The position numbers and the translations under genes are program-made. A stretch of 63,992 nucleotides of DNA, counting the filler, from Stramenopiles sp. TOSAG23-2 (Eukaryota): assembly GCA_900128395.1 (NCBI GenBank). It is 5 parts of 5 records of this genome, joined end to end, with 100 filler letters (N's around TTAATTAATTAA, not from the genome) between each part and the next. Parts side by side here need not be neighbours in the genome. Positions count along the whole stretch, not along the records: positions 38,738 to 51,497 come from LT649835.1; positions 51,598 to 63,992 come from LT649858.1; 3 more parts are not named here. The stretch is one strand, 5' to 3'. The notes below the pieces were generated by a model. It saw only the letters and a list, made by a program, of their open reading frames with translations, was not told the origin of the DNA and made no database searches. Position 1 is the first letter of the stretch, and every line of letters starts with the position of its first letter. Below, in pieces: positions 46,688 through 58,596 of the stretch.

Positions 46688-47800
46688 TTATACATATTCC
46701 AACTCAGATCTAATAGCAACACTATGCCAGATCTTTCTAAATGTTTGTTCGCAAACTAATGTACGTTCTGTAGGTATTTTATGAAATTGATAAGATGTAT
46801 CATTTGTATTTTTTATATGAAAATACTTATTCGAGGAAAATTCACTATACATATGTTCAAATATTTGTTCCACATCACTTGAAAAATATACCAAGGTTTT
46901 TGGTTTTAATTCTTTTGCCAACGTATCTATGAATTTATTTTGCACTATTAATCGTTTTTGAAATTTCTTTCTTCTCCAAGGATCTGGAAACTGTATTGAG
47001 ATCGACTTAATTTCCAAATGATACTTTTTTAATGAATCATGTAAATCAACAATTAAATTTGAAAAATTTCCTGGTATGAAATGTAAATTTGACATCTTCC
47101 TCTTCACTTTTTTCTCATTTGCTGCAATTACTAAATCTTTCCGTATTTCGCAGCCAATAAAATAATAATTATTGAATTTATCTTCCTCTGCCAACCTAAA
47201 TACAAATTCACCACGTGCACATCCAACATCAATATGTATTTGTCGTATTCCAATTGGAAAGATATGATCCCAATTTGTAGTTGAGTCAAATGGCACATTA
47301 TAAAAAGCAGACAATGGATTAACCATTCGATTTGGTGCACTAACACGTTTACTTCTATTATTATTTTTTGTATGATTATTATTATTATTATTGTTAAATT
47401 GTTTCTTATATTGATAATAAGTTTCAAGTAGCAGTTGTTTATCATTTGTTACACTATTATTGTTATTGTTTACATTACTATTATGTTTTAACACCATTCG
47501 TACTAATTCTTTTAAATATTCTTCACATGTTTTATCTACCAGTTTATTATATACTTTTCTAGTTTCTTCACCTTTCTTTCTTTCCCTAGCTAAGCCTTCA
47601 GGTGTATGTAAACTACAAAATTGTGTATTAAAATCATTAACTCGTCGAGTGCAAGTTTTTTTCTTTCGTTTCATATAATATGTACATTGTTTAAACGATG
47701 CTTTAATATCCTCGCAATACTCTAAATATTTTTTATTTATTGGATTACTTGTCGTTGTTGTTATTGATGATGCCATTCTCTTTGTTATTTTGGTTTTCAT
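46688..47800 (-). CDS. trmB: tRNA (guanine-N7)-methyltransferase, TrmB-type, with N-terminal CCCH zinc finger
   Basis: HIDVGCARGEF, IGCEIR, IQFPDPWRRKKFQKR, SSDV, PTER; N-terminal QCTYYMKRKKKTC...FCSLH. Confidence 0.88.
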   Translation of the reverse strand: MKTKITKRMASSITTTTSNPINKKYLEYCEDIKASFKQCTYYMKRKKKTCTRRVNDFNTQFCSLHTPEGLARERKKGEETRKVYNKLVDKTCEEYLKELVRMVLKHNSNVNNNNNSVTNDKQLLLETYYQYKKQFNNNNNNNHTKNNNRSKRVSAPNRMVNPLSAFYNVPFDSTTNWDHIFPIGIRQIHIDVGCARGEFVFRLAEEDKFNNYYFIGCEIRKDLVIAANEKKVKRKMSNLHFIPGNFSNLIVDLHDSLKKYHLEIKSISIQFPDPWRRKKFQKRLIVQNKFIDTLAKELKPKTLVYFSSDVEQIFEHMYSEFSSNKYFHIKNTNDTSYQFHKIPTERTLVCEQTFRKIWHSVAIRSELEYV

Positions 47801-48159
47801 ACGTATAATATATACACGTATTTTGTCCGATCTTCTATTTGTATTTTTTTAATTCTATTCATATACTTGTATTTTTATTTATTATCTATTCAAGAAGCAA
47901 CAACAACAAAAAAACAAAAAAAAAAGCGAAAGCGGACGACGAGGACGAGTACCTATATATATGTACTTATTAGTATACAAAAGATAAAAGATATTCGGGA
48001 AATTTTTTCTCTCTTGATCAAAGCTGGAAAGCACCAAACACTTGATCATCATGAGAGTTAATTCTAGATCCTAGAGTATAGTATATTTATATTTACTATT
48101 AATACTAATACTACTTTTTTTTTTATTTAGTTTTATATTTTATATTGCAACTACGTATA

Positions 48160-49131
48160 TTACAAGTTACTTTTTTTTATAAATTCTCTTAAACGATCAT
48201 CTGCACTATCACTATGTGCAATACCACCTCCAAATTGTTTATTCCGATTTTTAATTAAATTGGCTAATCCACCAGCTTTAGCAGCAGCTTCATTCATTCC
48301 TGTAAACCAAGTTCCGGATTGATGCCCTCGTGCATCTAATGTTGCATTTAATCGTTGAGCGGTCCTAGCACCAATAAGCTCCAATCCTAAATTAACAGAG
48401 CGTTTATTTGCGGCAAGTAATCCCGTTGGAATCAATGCCATACGATCTGCAATTGCATGGCATTCTTGTTCTGCCTCTGCTCTTGTAGGTAATGCTTTTA
48501 ATGCTAATCCTAATTTTTGAGCATCTGAACCTAGAATTGAATCTCCTGTTAATAAAATTCTTTTCGTCCATTGGGGACCTAGATGATAAAGCATCATATT
48601 TACCGGCAGAACACCGAAATCCCTTGCAGGGGGAAACCCAAATTTACAATCTTCCGTGCATACAATTATGTCACATAAAGTTGCTAAACCAACACCACCA
48701 GCTAAACATTGTCCATGTACACATGCAATGACAGGTTTATGCATATCAAATATTTGCATAACAAATCTTTGTGTCCTTTCCAAATTGTATAAATCATCTT
48801 CAAAGTTAGAAAATCCACGTAATTTTTTATTCCATTCTTCACTACCAACTCTGGTGTTTGATAATCCATGCCTTTCTCGTAAATTTTTGTATTCATCTGA
48901 TTTCATCATAGTTCTGTCTTGTAAATCGTATCCAGCACAAAAATCTTTTCCAGCTCCCTTGATGATTACACAATGTACTTCCGCATCATTATCCGCGTCA
49001 ATTAATGCATGTTGCAATTCATTTTGTAATTCAAATGATAGAGCATTTCTTACTTTTGGACGGTTTAAAGTTATTACTAATCTTCCATCAAGTTTTTCTA
49101 ATAATATCGCATTTTGTTTTAATTGTGCCAT
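48160..49131 (-). CDS. Enoyl-CoA hydratase/isomerase (crotonase) family protein, C-terminal SNL
   Basis: ITLNRPKVRNALS, GKDFCAGYDL, KPVIACVHGQCLAGG, FGFPP, LLTGD. Confidence 0.93.
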   Translation of the reverse strand: MAQLKQNAILLEKLDGRLVITLNRPKVRNALSFELQNELQHALIDADNDAEVHCVIIKGAGKDFCAGYDLQDRTMMKSDEYKNLRERHGLSNTRVGSEEWNKKLRGFSNFEDDLYNLERTQRFVMQIFDMHKPVIACVHGQCLAGGVGLATLCDIIVCTEDCKFGFPPARDFGVLPVNMMLYHLGPQWTKRILLTGDSILGSDAQKLGLALKALPTRAEAEQECHAIADRMALIPTGLLAANKRSVNLGLELIGARTAQRLNATLDARGHQSGTWFTGMNEAAAKAGGLANLIKNRNKQFGGGIAHSDSADDRLREFIKKSNL

Positions 49132-49390
49132 GTTGAGATTAATGTTATTATATATTTATACATATATTGAGATTAATTTTTATTATATATGTATATATTT
49201 ATCATATTGTTTTCTTTTCTTGTATATATATTTTCGATAGGCTAAGGCCCAGCCTACCATAACCAGGTAATAATATAAAAAATAATAGCAGCTGGAGATA
49301 TAACTCTCAGGATGGACGGAGAAAATATATATTAATTTATACACACACATAGAAAACATACAAATTAAAAAACAAAAGACTTAAATAAAG

Positions 49391-50633
49391 ATGTCAGCAT
49401 CATACGACCCCTTAGCATCACCAATTGATGGTGTAACCTTGAAATTTATTGAGTTAACCAATGGTATAAGGCTTAGAGTTGCATTTGCAGGAGAAGAAAA
49501 AGGTACACCTTTATTGTTCATGCATGGTTGGCCTGAAAGTTGGTTTTCATGGAGACACCAATTGCAATATTTTGGTAAGAATGGTTATCGTGTCATGGCA
49601 CCTGATATGAGAGGCTATGGCTATTCGTCTTGCCCACCAAATGTTGATGATTATGATGTGCACTGTATTGCTAGCGACATGATGTGTTTATTACAATCAC
49701 AAGGATTATCGAAATCATATTTAATTGGACATGATTGGGGTGCTTCTTTATGTTGGAGTTTAGGACATTTACACCCAGAAGTTTTCCCAGTGTTAGCAGC
49801 ACTCTCTGTTCCAACTGGTATGCGCTATCCAAGTGCGACAAATCCATTTGAAGGAATGAAAAAACTGTTTAAAGTTGGGACAGATGAAGAAATGTTTTTT
49901 TATATTTGTTATCACAATGAGCGGTTCCCTGGAACACAAAATGGTCCAGCAGAAGCATCTTATGACGCAAATCCAAAAGAATCAATTCGTACATTTTGGT
50001 CGGATGAGACTATTGAAAGAGATACTAATGGAATCATTACTAGTCCATTCAGAAAAGATGGTGGAATGCTAGCAAGGACCGGAAGACCTAAACGGCTTCC
50101 AAAATGGCTCAGTGAAGCAGACTTGGAATATGTTACTAAGCAATTCAAGCACAGTGGCTTTCGTGGTGGTGTTAATTACTATAGAAATATAGGAAGAAAT
50201 TTTATGTTAACGCCACATTTGACAGGTAAAACTATTGACCAGCCCTCATTCTTTTTAACGTAAGTAAAAAAATAAATATTTTACTATTACCAGGTATTCC
50301 TCTAAGCCTCTAACAAAACTTGTTTCTAACATACTTACTACTCTCCACAGTGGACAATTTGATGTGGTCAGAAATTTTGGTCAAATATTAAGAAACGGTG
50401 ACGCTCCAAATGATAATGATTATACAAATGATCCACAATACAAGCAATTACAAACAGTTTGTACGGATCTAAAACAATTTCATGTTGTAAAACCACAAAA
50501 AGGTGAATCGGCGTCACATTGGATACAACAAGATCAACCAAATAGTGTAAATGAAAAATTGCATAGTTTTTTTAAAGAAACAAGCAACGTATTTGAGAGT
50601 GCTAAAGGTGGTTTAGCAAGTAGTAAAATTTAA
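49391..50633 (+). CDS. Soluble epoxide hydrolase-like alpha/beta hydrolase, 2 exons (49391-50259, 50351-50633), 383 aa, C-terminal SKI
   Basis: HGWPESWFSWRHQ, APDMRGYG, GHDWGA, GGVNYYRN, spliced FLTGQFDVV, SHWIQQD. Confidence 0.92.
50260..50350 (+). other. Spliceosomal intron D (91 nt), possible diverged family member
   Basis: GTAAGT...CTCTAACA...CATACTTACTACTCTCCACAG; restores frame. Confidence 0.85.
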
Positions 50634-50775
50634 AGTAGAAGACATATTACTTCATAAAAAATACATTTTTTATACAAAAAAAAGAGAATATTGTTATTTT
50701 TAATATACAGAAGTGTAGTTTCGTTATCCAGCAGTTCTCGTACGGCTTCGTAATTTTTTTATGAATAGGAGGATC

Positions 50776-51442
50776 TCACCAATCATCCATATCAACAGAA
50801 CTATTGTTGAATTTATCCATTTGTTTTTCTACCCATTCCTCACGTTTATCACCAGTAAGAACCACTCGAGGAACTAGACCAGTAGTATCTCCAGTTGTCT
50901 GCAACAAAATATCTTGTTTTATATCATCATGTTTTTCATTTTTATTACTAATAGTATCAATATTTTTGTCACCACTATGGTCGATAAAATCATCAGTAGT
51001 AGTTTTCATATGTATATTGTGGTCTGCATTATCATTTCCATTATCATCATTATTTACTTTTTTATATTCTTGATTGCTTTTTCTACTGATGGTATTATTA
51101 TCATTTACATTATTATTATTGATTTCAGCATTTGCTTCTACTTCTTCTGTATCGGTTTTCTTTTTCTTTTTTTTCTTCTTATTTTTATTTAAATTTTTAC
51201 TATTAACAGCATCATGCAAACTTTTTATTCCACCAATCTTTTTTCCACTATTATTATTAATTTCCTTATCATATGCATCCATTTCTTCTTCATCACCACC
51301 AAATGATAATAATCCAAGATTTTTTACACGTTTTCTTTTCTTCTTATTTTTCTTTCCTTTATTGTGATCAAGCTTTTTCAAATTATCTTTGCGTATTTTA
51401 ATATCATTGAATGGGTTTGTAATAATTTTTGTTGATATTATT
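50776..51442 (-). CDS. C-terminal part of a CWC27-like spliceosomal cyclophilin (5' end lost, chimeric)
   Basis: KIISTKIITNPFNDI, KNLGLLSFGGDEEE, IKSLHD resemble the post-PPIase region of CWC27. Confidence 0.65.
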
Positions 51443-51497
51443 TTTGGAGCGTCACCGTTTCTTAATATTTGACCAAAATTTCTGACCACATCAAATT

Positions 51498-51597
51498 NNN
51501 NNNNNNNNNNNNNNNNNNNNNNNNNNNNNNNNNNNNNNNNNTTAATTAATTAANNNNNNNNNNNNNNNNNNNNNNNNNNNNNNNNNNNNNNNNNNNN
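51498..51597. other. Artificial contig spacer
   Basis: 44 N + TTAATTAATTAA + 44 N. Confidence 0.97.
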
Positions 51598-51601
51598 CAT
51601 A

Positions 51602-54600
51602 ATGGTTACCTGTGAAGTATTTGATCAAAACAGTAGCAACAAAATTGACAAACGTGAAATTCTAGTAGAAAAAGAAATTAACGAATATGATAATTATAGT
51701 TTGTTTCGATCGGATGATACTGTACCTAAAAAAAAAGGTTCGAATAAGAAGTTACGAGTGAAGCAAGTAAAGATTGGTTCTTGTAACATGTATTACCAAG
51801 ACTATAGTCTCTTAGATTTTAATTTGTCGTTACCAATACTACTTACAAAGCTTACATGTCAATACAGAATCTCGACTAGATATTTATCAGATGATGGTCA
51901 ATATACAATATATTCATCAAATATTAACAATGTTATGCTAGATAAAATAGTTATAACACGCATGGATTTCGATTCGGTATTAGATATGTGCAATGATAAG
52001 ACAAAACCTACATTCAATGAAATATTACAAGAAATCAACAAAGAAAACCTAGAAGGAAAAGATGACGAAGAAACGAAGGTCCGCAGTATTGATTGTGTGC
52101 AACGTGAAAAGCTTTTAAAAATATTAAAAAAAATGGAATCATCGATTGAAAAGGCCATGGAGCTAGAACCAAAAAGACGACACTGCAACAGTTGCGTCTT
52201 TGTTGAAGGTTGCTATATATTTGCATTATGTAGAAAGATCGACTTTGATGTTCAAAAGAATGATTTACTGCAAAATTGGTTATTATATCCTCTCCCTGAT
52301 ATTATGAAAGTCCGCAAGAACATACAACAATATTGCACACAATTATTAATGCACAAGGAAAAAGATTTGACAAAACATTATAAAAACATAGAAAAACCTA
52401 AAGAAAATTCGAACCATATCTTTGCATTTACAAAAGAAGCAACTGAAACACCTGTTGAGGACCTGGCGGACCGAGTTACCCTAGTAAAATGGTTTTGGCA
52501 ACTACATGATGAAAAATCAGAAGGTAAAAACATAGAAGACTTGAGACAGTTTGCTCAAAAACATAATTTTTATTTTCTTCATCTTTTGAACATATATGGT
52601 ATGCTTCGCAAAGTAAACAAATTTGCAAAAAACGCATCGTTTCAATTTTTTTTCGATAATTTTATACGTCATCAAAAATTAGAAAATTTTATAAATGCGT
52701 GCAGCGAATCCGTACGCACGTTGGAGCAGATCTTAGGAGATGAAATGCCAGATCACATAGGGGAAAATTATACAATATTCAGCAATCTTGTAAGGAAAGG
52801 GGAAGATAAGTGTGGAAATCTATGGATCATGGGTATGTATGATAATATACTTTTACAACATACCAACTTTGAGACATTGTTGTGTAAAAAACATTTAGAT
52901 GATTTAAATAATGAAGCCGATATCAGCAATTTTGCTAATGCCATTGTAGATAAAATTCTGGAGGCATTTAAAGCCTTATGTGATAATATTGAGAAAGAAA
53001 ACTCAGAAGGAAAAGATGATGGAGAAGCGAAAGATAGCCATAACGATAACATACTTAAAAATAAATTACAGAAAATGCAGGACATGTTACTGAAGAAAAG
53101 TAAGAAGGAGATAAAGTCAAGTCAATTTAAGAATGCCTCGAATGAAGTGAATACTACAATTGAATATTTTGTAAAATTTTGTCAATCAGTCTTGCGGTCG
53201 TTTTCAATGTTACCTAAGCAAGAGCCACATAAGCCATATATTTCAGCGTATCATTTTAATGGAAAAAAAAAAGTTGAAATGTGTTTGGACACACATAATC
53301 ACATTAGATACCATTGGCGTAAAAATAGTTCACTCAAACATAACCAAAGTAGATGTCAAAAACTGATAAAAATATTAAAGAAAGTGGATGATACCGCTCT
53401 CAGCATGGCTACAGAAAAAATAAAGATCAAGAGTTTTTTCCTTCCTGAAAATGCAAACCAATTCCACAAACAATTCCAGCAGAACACTACGAAGTATGAA
53501 AAATTAGATGATCATAGAATAATTAGACGGACAGGAGCAGGCATATGGATGAAAAGCAACAACAGAGACATTAAATACAAAATTATGAAAAGTAAAAATA
53601 CTGGGAAAAGCAAATACGAGAAAAAGCTTTCAAAGTTAAAAATTTACAATGAAAAATCTGCTGCTTTTTTCATTCGACACATAGTGAAACCGTTAATTGA
53701 TGCGGGACATGCAAATAGTGTGTGCTCATGTGTCGAATTAAGATGTGTTGACACAGATAATTGGGCACGAAGATCTTATTTCAACATCTGCGAAATATTA
53801 CGATGGGGCCCAAATTTAAAAAACGTTTCAAAAGTTGATAATTCAATTCTCTCCGGCATATACTCAACACTTCTAATTTCTGCAGCTGGATACAAAGATC
53901 ATTCTAAATCATTCCCGTTGGTAAAGTTATTGATCTCCAAAGGTGTAGACATCAATGTTGTTGACCCATCTACGAAATTCTCGTCATTTGAAAAGGGTGC
54001 ACAACAAGGCGCGTTCCGTCTTTGCAATTACTTAGTACGCCATGGTGCAGCAGTCTCCGTTCCTGCAATCGAAACGATTATTGATTATGTTATTACGATG
54101 GGATTTTTCAAAAGTGGAAAGAAGGGAAAAATATCTGAAGAGGATGAGGACCTTCTGGAATTTGTCAAACGAAAGAGGGAAACACTTCATGACAAAGTTG
54201 AAACAAGAATGTCAAGCGTAGCTCGGATAGACTTAGCATTTGCTGCTGAGAACACAAAATTTAATTCTAAAATGGATTTTGCACGTTCGACAATGGACTA
54301 TGATTTTTTGCTAAAATTTGCAATTGAAGTCTTGTTTTTCGGAGCATATTATGGCACGCTAACGACCCACCTTATAGTCTTTCTTAAGAGAGGCTTAGAA
54401 AAAGCATTAGAAGACCAACGCAAAATAGTAAACGCTTACGAGGATGAAGTTAAAAAAAGTCATGCAAAAGAGCTGTTGCCGATTAGTGTCGTATTTATAG
54501 ATGCAGCAGATAAGCACGAGGCTCGAGCTATTCATTACGCGTGCATGAAGGGCCATCTTAATGCTGTAAAAGCCCTTCACTCTTGTCATGCTTCCTTGAA

Positions 54601-57600
54601 TGTAAAGACAAGTTCTAAATCACACCAATTCAGATCTTTAGTTAGCAAGCACAAACGTTTTAGTGGTTACACCCCTCTTGGTCTTGCAGTACAAAATAAA
54701 CATATTGAAGTAGTTGAATACCTGCAAAACAATGGTGCTGATCCATTTGGGCGAGAGGATTTACCAGAGGCCGTTATGTCTCTTTTGGATACAGATGATC
54801 CAAGCATGCACGATCCCGCTTGTCCCTACTTTTTAAGTTTAGGTATGTAATATCTTCTTTTTGTTACATATACTCTATATGGCACTCTCTAACAATACTA
54901 AACATTAATAATGAAATAATTATAGGACTTGAACTCAATCGTACAAATCCAGAATCTAGTGCAAAGCTTGAAAGTGAAATTGAAATAAAGCAACGAGAAG
55001 CAAGAACGTGTCTATGGAGAAGTAAGAAGCAAGGTGTCACGGGAACTGCTGCAAATGGCGAAAAAATTGATATTGCACCGGGAACATATGTAATCAAAAG
55101 GATAACAAATGAAAGAGAATATGGAATATTGAGAAAAAAAGAGGAACAGAAAGTCAAAAAAATGGAATTGATGTATGTAAAGGAAAATACTTTTCCAAAC
55201 AATAGATTAATTGGGGACATTGTATGTTACAATTATAGGCCACGTGACTGTATAATTGATGAGAGTGACGAAGACGACAGAAACAATTGGAGATGGATTG
55301 GAAAGATAGAAAGTATTATCGACAAGTCAAAATATAGCATTGCCCCAATACACCACCCAGAAGGTTTGAAGAAATATCATCGGGAACCTGACAAATACCA
55401 AAAAATTGAAATAATCCCTCTAAAAGTACAAAATTTTAATCAGGATAATACTGTAGTATATTTTGCCGACAGCAGCCTGGAGCAAAATGACATAAGCAAA
55501 GAAATCTGGCTAGGTAAATTTATTGAGACGAGGGGAGATAGAACAATAGAACCTATTACTCCATTGGTAGTGCTTCATCGGGGGATAACAGAAGAAGATA
55601 TAATTCCATATAGAGGACAATGGACAACAAATTATACCGACTTTAAGTACATAAATGTTTTAAATGAACAGTTGAACTTCGAACCAAAAGTAGATTCATC
55701 TATAGATCGTCTGAAAAAGGATACTAAAATCAACTCATACGATTTTCAAACGTACTGCAAACAGAAAATTAGAGTTTCATCGTTTACTTCGAACCAAAAA
55801 AAGACACATACAGAAAAGGTCATCTCTCAATTTTTTAGTTCATATAAAAGAAGACAACAGCTAACAATAGAAAAAGAGAATATGTCTGAAGATGCCAGGC
55901 ATCATGATAAAATCAAAATAGTTGAAGAAAAATACTACCAATTTCAAGTACTAAAAGCAGCAACTGATGCAAATACAAGTCTGCATAGGAAAAAAACAAA
56001 AATACGCAAACTGCTCCGCTCCCACTTTTTAGTTAAAAAAGCTAGAGAAAGCTTTGCGATAGAGATGTGCAGGTATAGATTAATTATTTTATTTTTGATT
56101 TTTGCAATAGCATGTTTATCAATATATAGTTTTTTGGGAATGAATATACCTTCTATAAATAACATGAAGGAGCACATAGAAGAGCAAATAAAAGATTCTG
56201 GTATATCCGATGTCGGAAAAAATATAAGTTATTATGACTGGCTTACCACAAATTTTGCGAACAAGACAATGTTTCAATTATCAGAAGAATATATACCATA
56301 TGGCTGTATCAGATTGGAACAATTTCGTGCTGCACGAAAATCACTGGATGAAACATATGTACCTGCAAATATTAAGGACACGAAGAAATATGCCGATTTA
56401 GCTCCAGAAAGACGATTAGCATGGAAAAATATAGAGCATTTTGATTACTTTAAATACGAAACAGCAGGAACCTGTTGGAAAAATGGGAACAAAGAAGCAG
56501 AAAAAGAGAAAACTAAAATCGAACCACCGAAATCGGATTGTAATGAACGCCACAAAACACCCGAACCGCTGGAATGGAACGAAAACTTACAAGGTTTTGT
56601 TGTGGATCTGAACATACCTGGTTGGTCAAAGAAATGTAAACCGGGGACCGATATTTCTTTCCCGAGACAAATGGCACTGCTAAAAAATATGTCGTATTTT
56701 GATGAATTTACGCACGTTGTTAATACAAAGTTTGTAGTATATTCTTTGAATTTGGATACATATTGTACTGTGACTGTGAGTATTCGACAGGATGCCGGAG
56801 GAGATACACACACCGAACTATTATTTGGTATGTTTACATCACCTTCAAACATGATATATGATAGTCAACAAAATAGTACTACTATTTATGGTGTTTTATA
56901 TACGATAGGTTTAATTGTACTCTTTGTGTACGTAGTGTGTGATTTTCTGGAATCGGCAGATTATTACTATTTCCAATTCAAGACCTTAAAGACATTCTTC
57001 CATACTTTTGAATACAGCAGGGAAAGCAGAAGATATAGAAATTGGAAAGTGATTCGTCAAAGACACAAAAAAGCACGTAAGATTGCAACAAAGTGTTGCT
57101 CTTTTCATTCGTTGGCTGAATGTTTGGAGCGACTTAATTTTATCACGGTTCACCTATTTTGTGGGAAATCATATGAATTTATAAGTGCCATCTTTCGATT
57201 TCGGGTTTTATACTCTGCATGTCACGTTGCATTTATATCATTCTATTTTTTACTTCTGCAAAGTAAATCTAATTTAGCAGAGGGAGAAAAGGATATTCTT
57301 ACGAATTTGGATAATATGCAAAACTGCGTATCAGCATTTAAACTACTTTATGTTATATGGATGTTTCTAACGACATTACTTATAGTTCAACAAATTATAT
57401 TGTTTCCACAAACTGGAAACTTTTTTTTGGCTGTAAAAGCAACTGTTTTTTCAGATGAAGTAAGCTACTTTTTCAGTTCGTTTTTTTTCTTTGTAGGCAT
57501 AACAACATTTGCTTTTCTCATACTTTACGGAGACATAAATAGTCAGTTTAGTAGTGTGTGGCAAACTTTTTTGAACTTAGGCACTTTGGCTATGGCTGGG

Positions 57601-58155
57601 GAAATACAATTTAAATTAGATGATATTATATCGCATTTTGAAACGAATGCAGCAATAGCAAAAGTTTTACTGTTTCTTTTTATTACCGTTGCTACGTTAA
57701 TTTTATGTAATTTACTGATTAGTGTTTTGAGCGATGTATGGAAATCAAAATTACAACAAGATTTGTGGGACAATCATGTCGATGGAATATTAAGAGAGGT
57801 TCTGAAAAGGCGATTCGCGGCAGACGAGAGAGCGAAAGATTTTTTTACCAGAAAGTGGGAAATATTTCAAAAAATCTACCAGTCACAAAATTTTCGTTGC
57901 GGTCAAAAAGGTAAATATGTGGGCTATCTATATGATGAGAATCCATTGAAATGGATATGTTGTTGCTGTGTTTACCGGCCAACAAATGACGGAAACAATA
58001 ATGATTTATGGACCTGGCAGACTATTAGAGAGGCAAATAAATCTACGAAAAAAAAAAAAAGAAATACTGAGCTACTTAATAAGTCAAGAAAAATGCTACG
58101 ATTCGATACGTCAGTACAGTATGAATTAAAAAGCACCTTTAAAAATGATGGTTAA
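51602..58155 (+). CDS. Large ankyrin-repeat + polycystin-2/TRPP-like cation channel, 2 exons (51602-54842, 54926-58155), at least 2156 aa
   Basis: Ankyrin motifs (AIHYACMKGHLNAVKAL, TPLGLAVQNKHIEVVEYL); PKD TOP-like GCIRLEQFR and YFDEFTHVV..FVVYSLN; pore YGD...FSSVWQTF; S6 LCNLLISVLSD. Confidence 0.82.
54843..54925 (+). other. Spliceosomal intron E (83 nt)
   Basis: AG|GTATGT donor, CACTCTCTAACA, TATAG acceptor; fuses the 1082-aa and 1111-aa ORFs in frame. Confidence 0.85.
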
Positions 58156-58168
58156 AATCTAAGTTATA

Positions 58169-58460
58169 ATAATTTTACTTCCCGTGGAATATATTTATAT
58201 ATCATATGTTTATCCTCTCAATCTGAAAAATGATTTACTCCTACTATCATATCATATATATATATTAATAAACTTCATTGGTATTTTCGATTATGAGAAT
58301 ATCAACACACTTGTGTGAGATAGATTATTTCAGTTATTTTATTCTTTTGAAGAGTAGGAATTATCATGAGTGTAAATTAAAAATAAATTATGCGTAAATT
58401 AAATCATATATATTAATAAAGCTCTCATGCGCCGCCGCAAGCTAATACTCTATTAAGCAC
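58169..58460. repeat. Dispersed non-coding repeat, copy 2, with an internal insertion
   Basis: Same blocks as 13210-13317, separated by extra sequence bounded by ATCATAT(AT)nTAATAAA direct repeats. Confidence 0.7.
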
Positions 58461-58596
58461 AAGTAGGTCTGAATCCACCCCATATATCATCATATATATA
58501 AAATGTTCTCTTACTCATATATATATATATATATAAATTTCTCTTATTTAATGATATATATATATATATATATTACATATATAAAAATTTTTAATC

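Noticed and set aside
50641-50778. TGA readthrough/selenocysteine after ...MDDW in the CWC27-like ORF
   Set aside because: The frame stays open briefly, but I see no SECIS or redox motif, and all other genes use TGA as an ordinary stop.
51443-51497. Apparent epoxide hydrolase/CWC27 fusion N-terminus (MVRNFGQILRNGDAP)
   Set aside because: Exact 55-bp inverted copy of 50356-50410 at a contig end, the typical form of an MDA inversion chimera.
12840-51597. TTAATTAATTAA palindrome repeated four times
   Set aside because: Always centred in 44+44 Ns; a synthetic six-frame stop linker. Gene order across it cannot be trusted.
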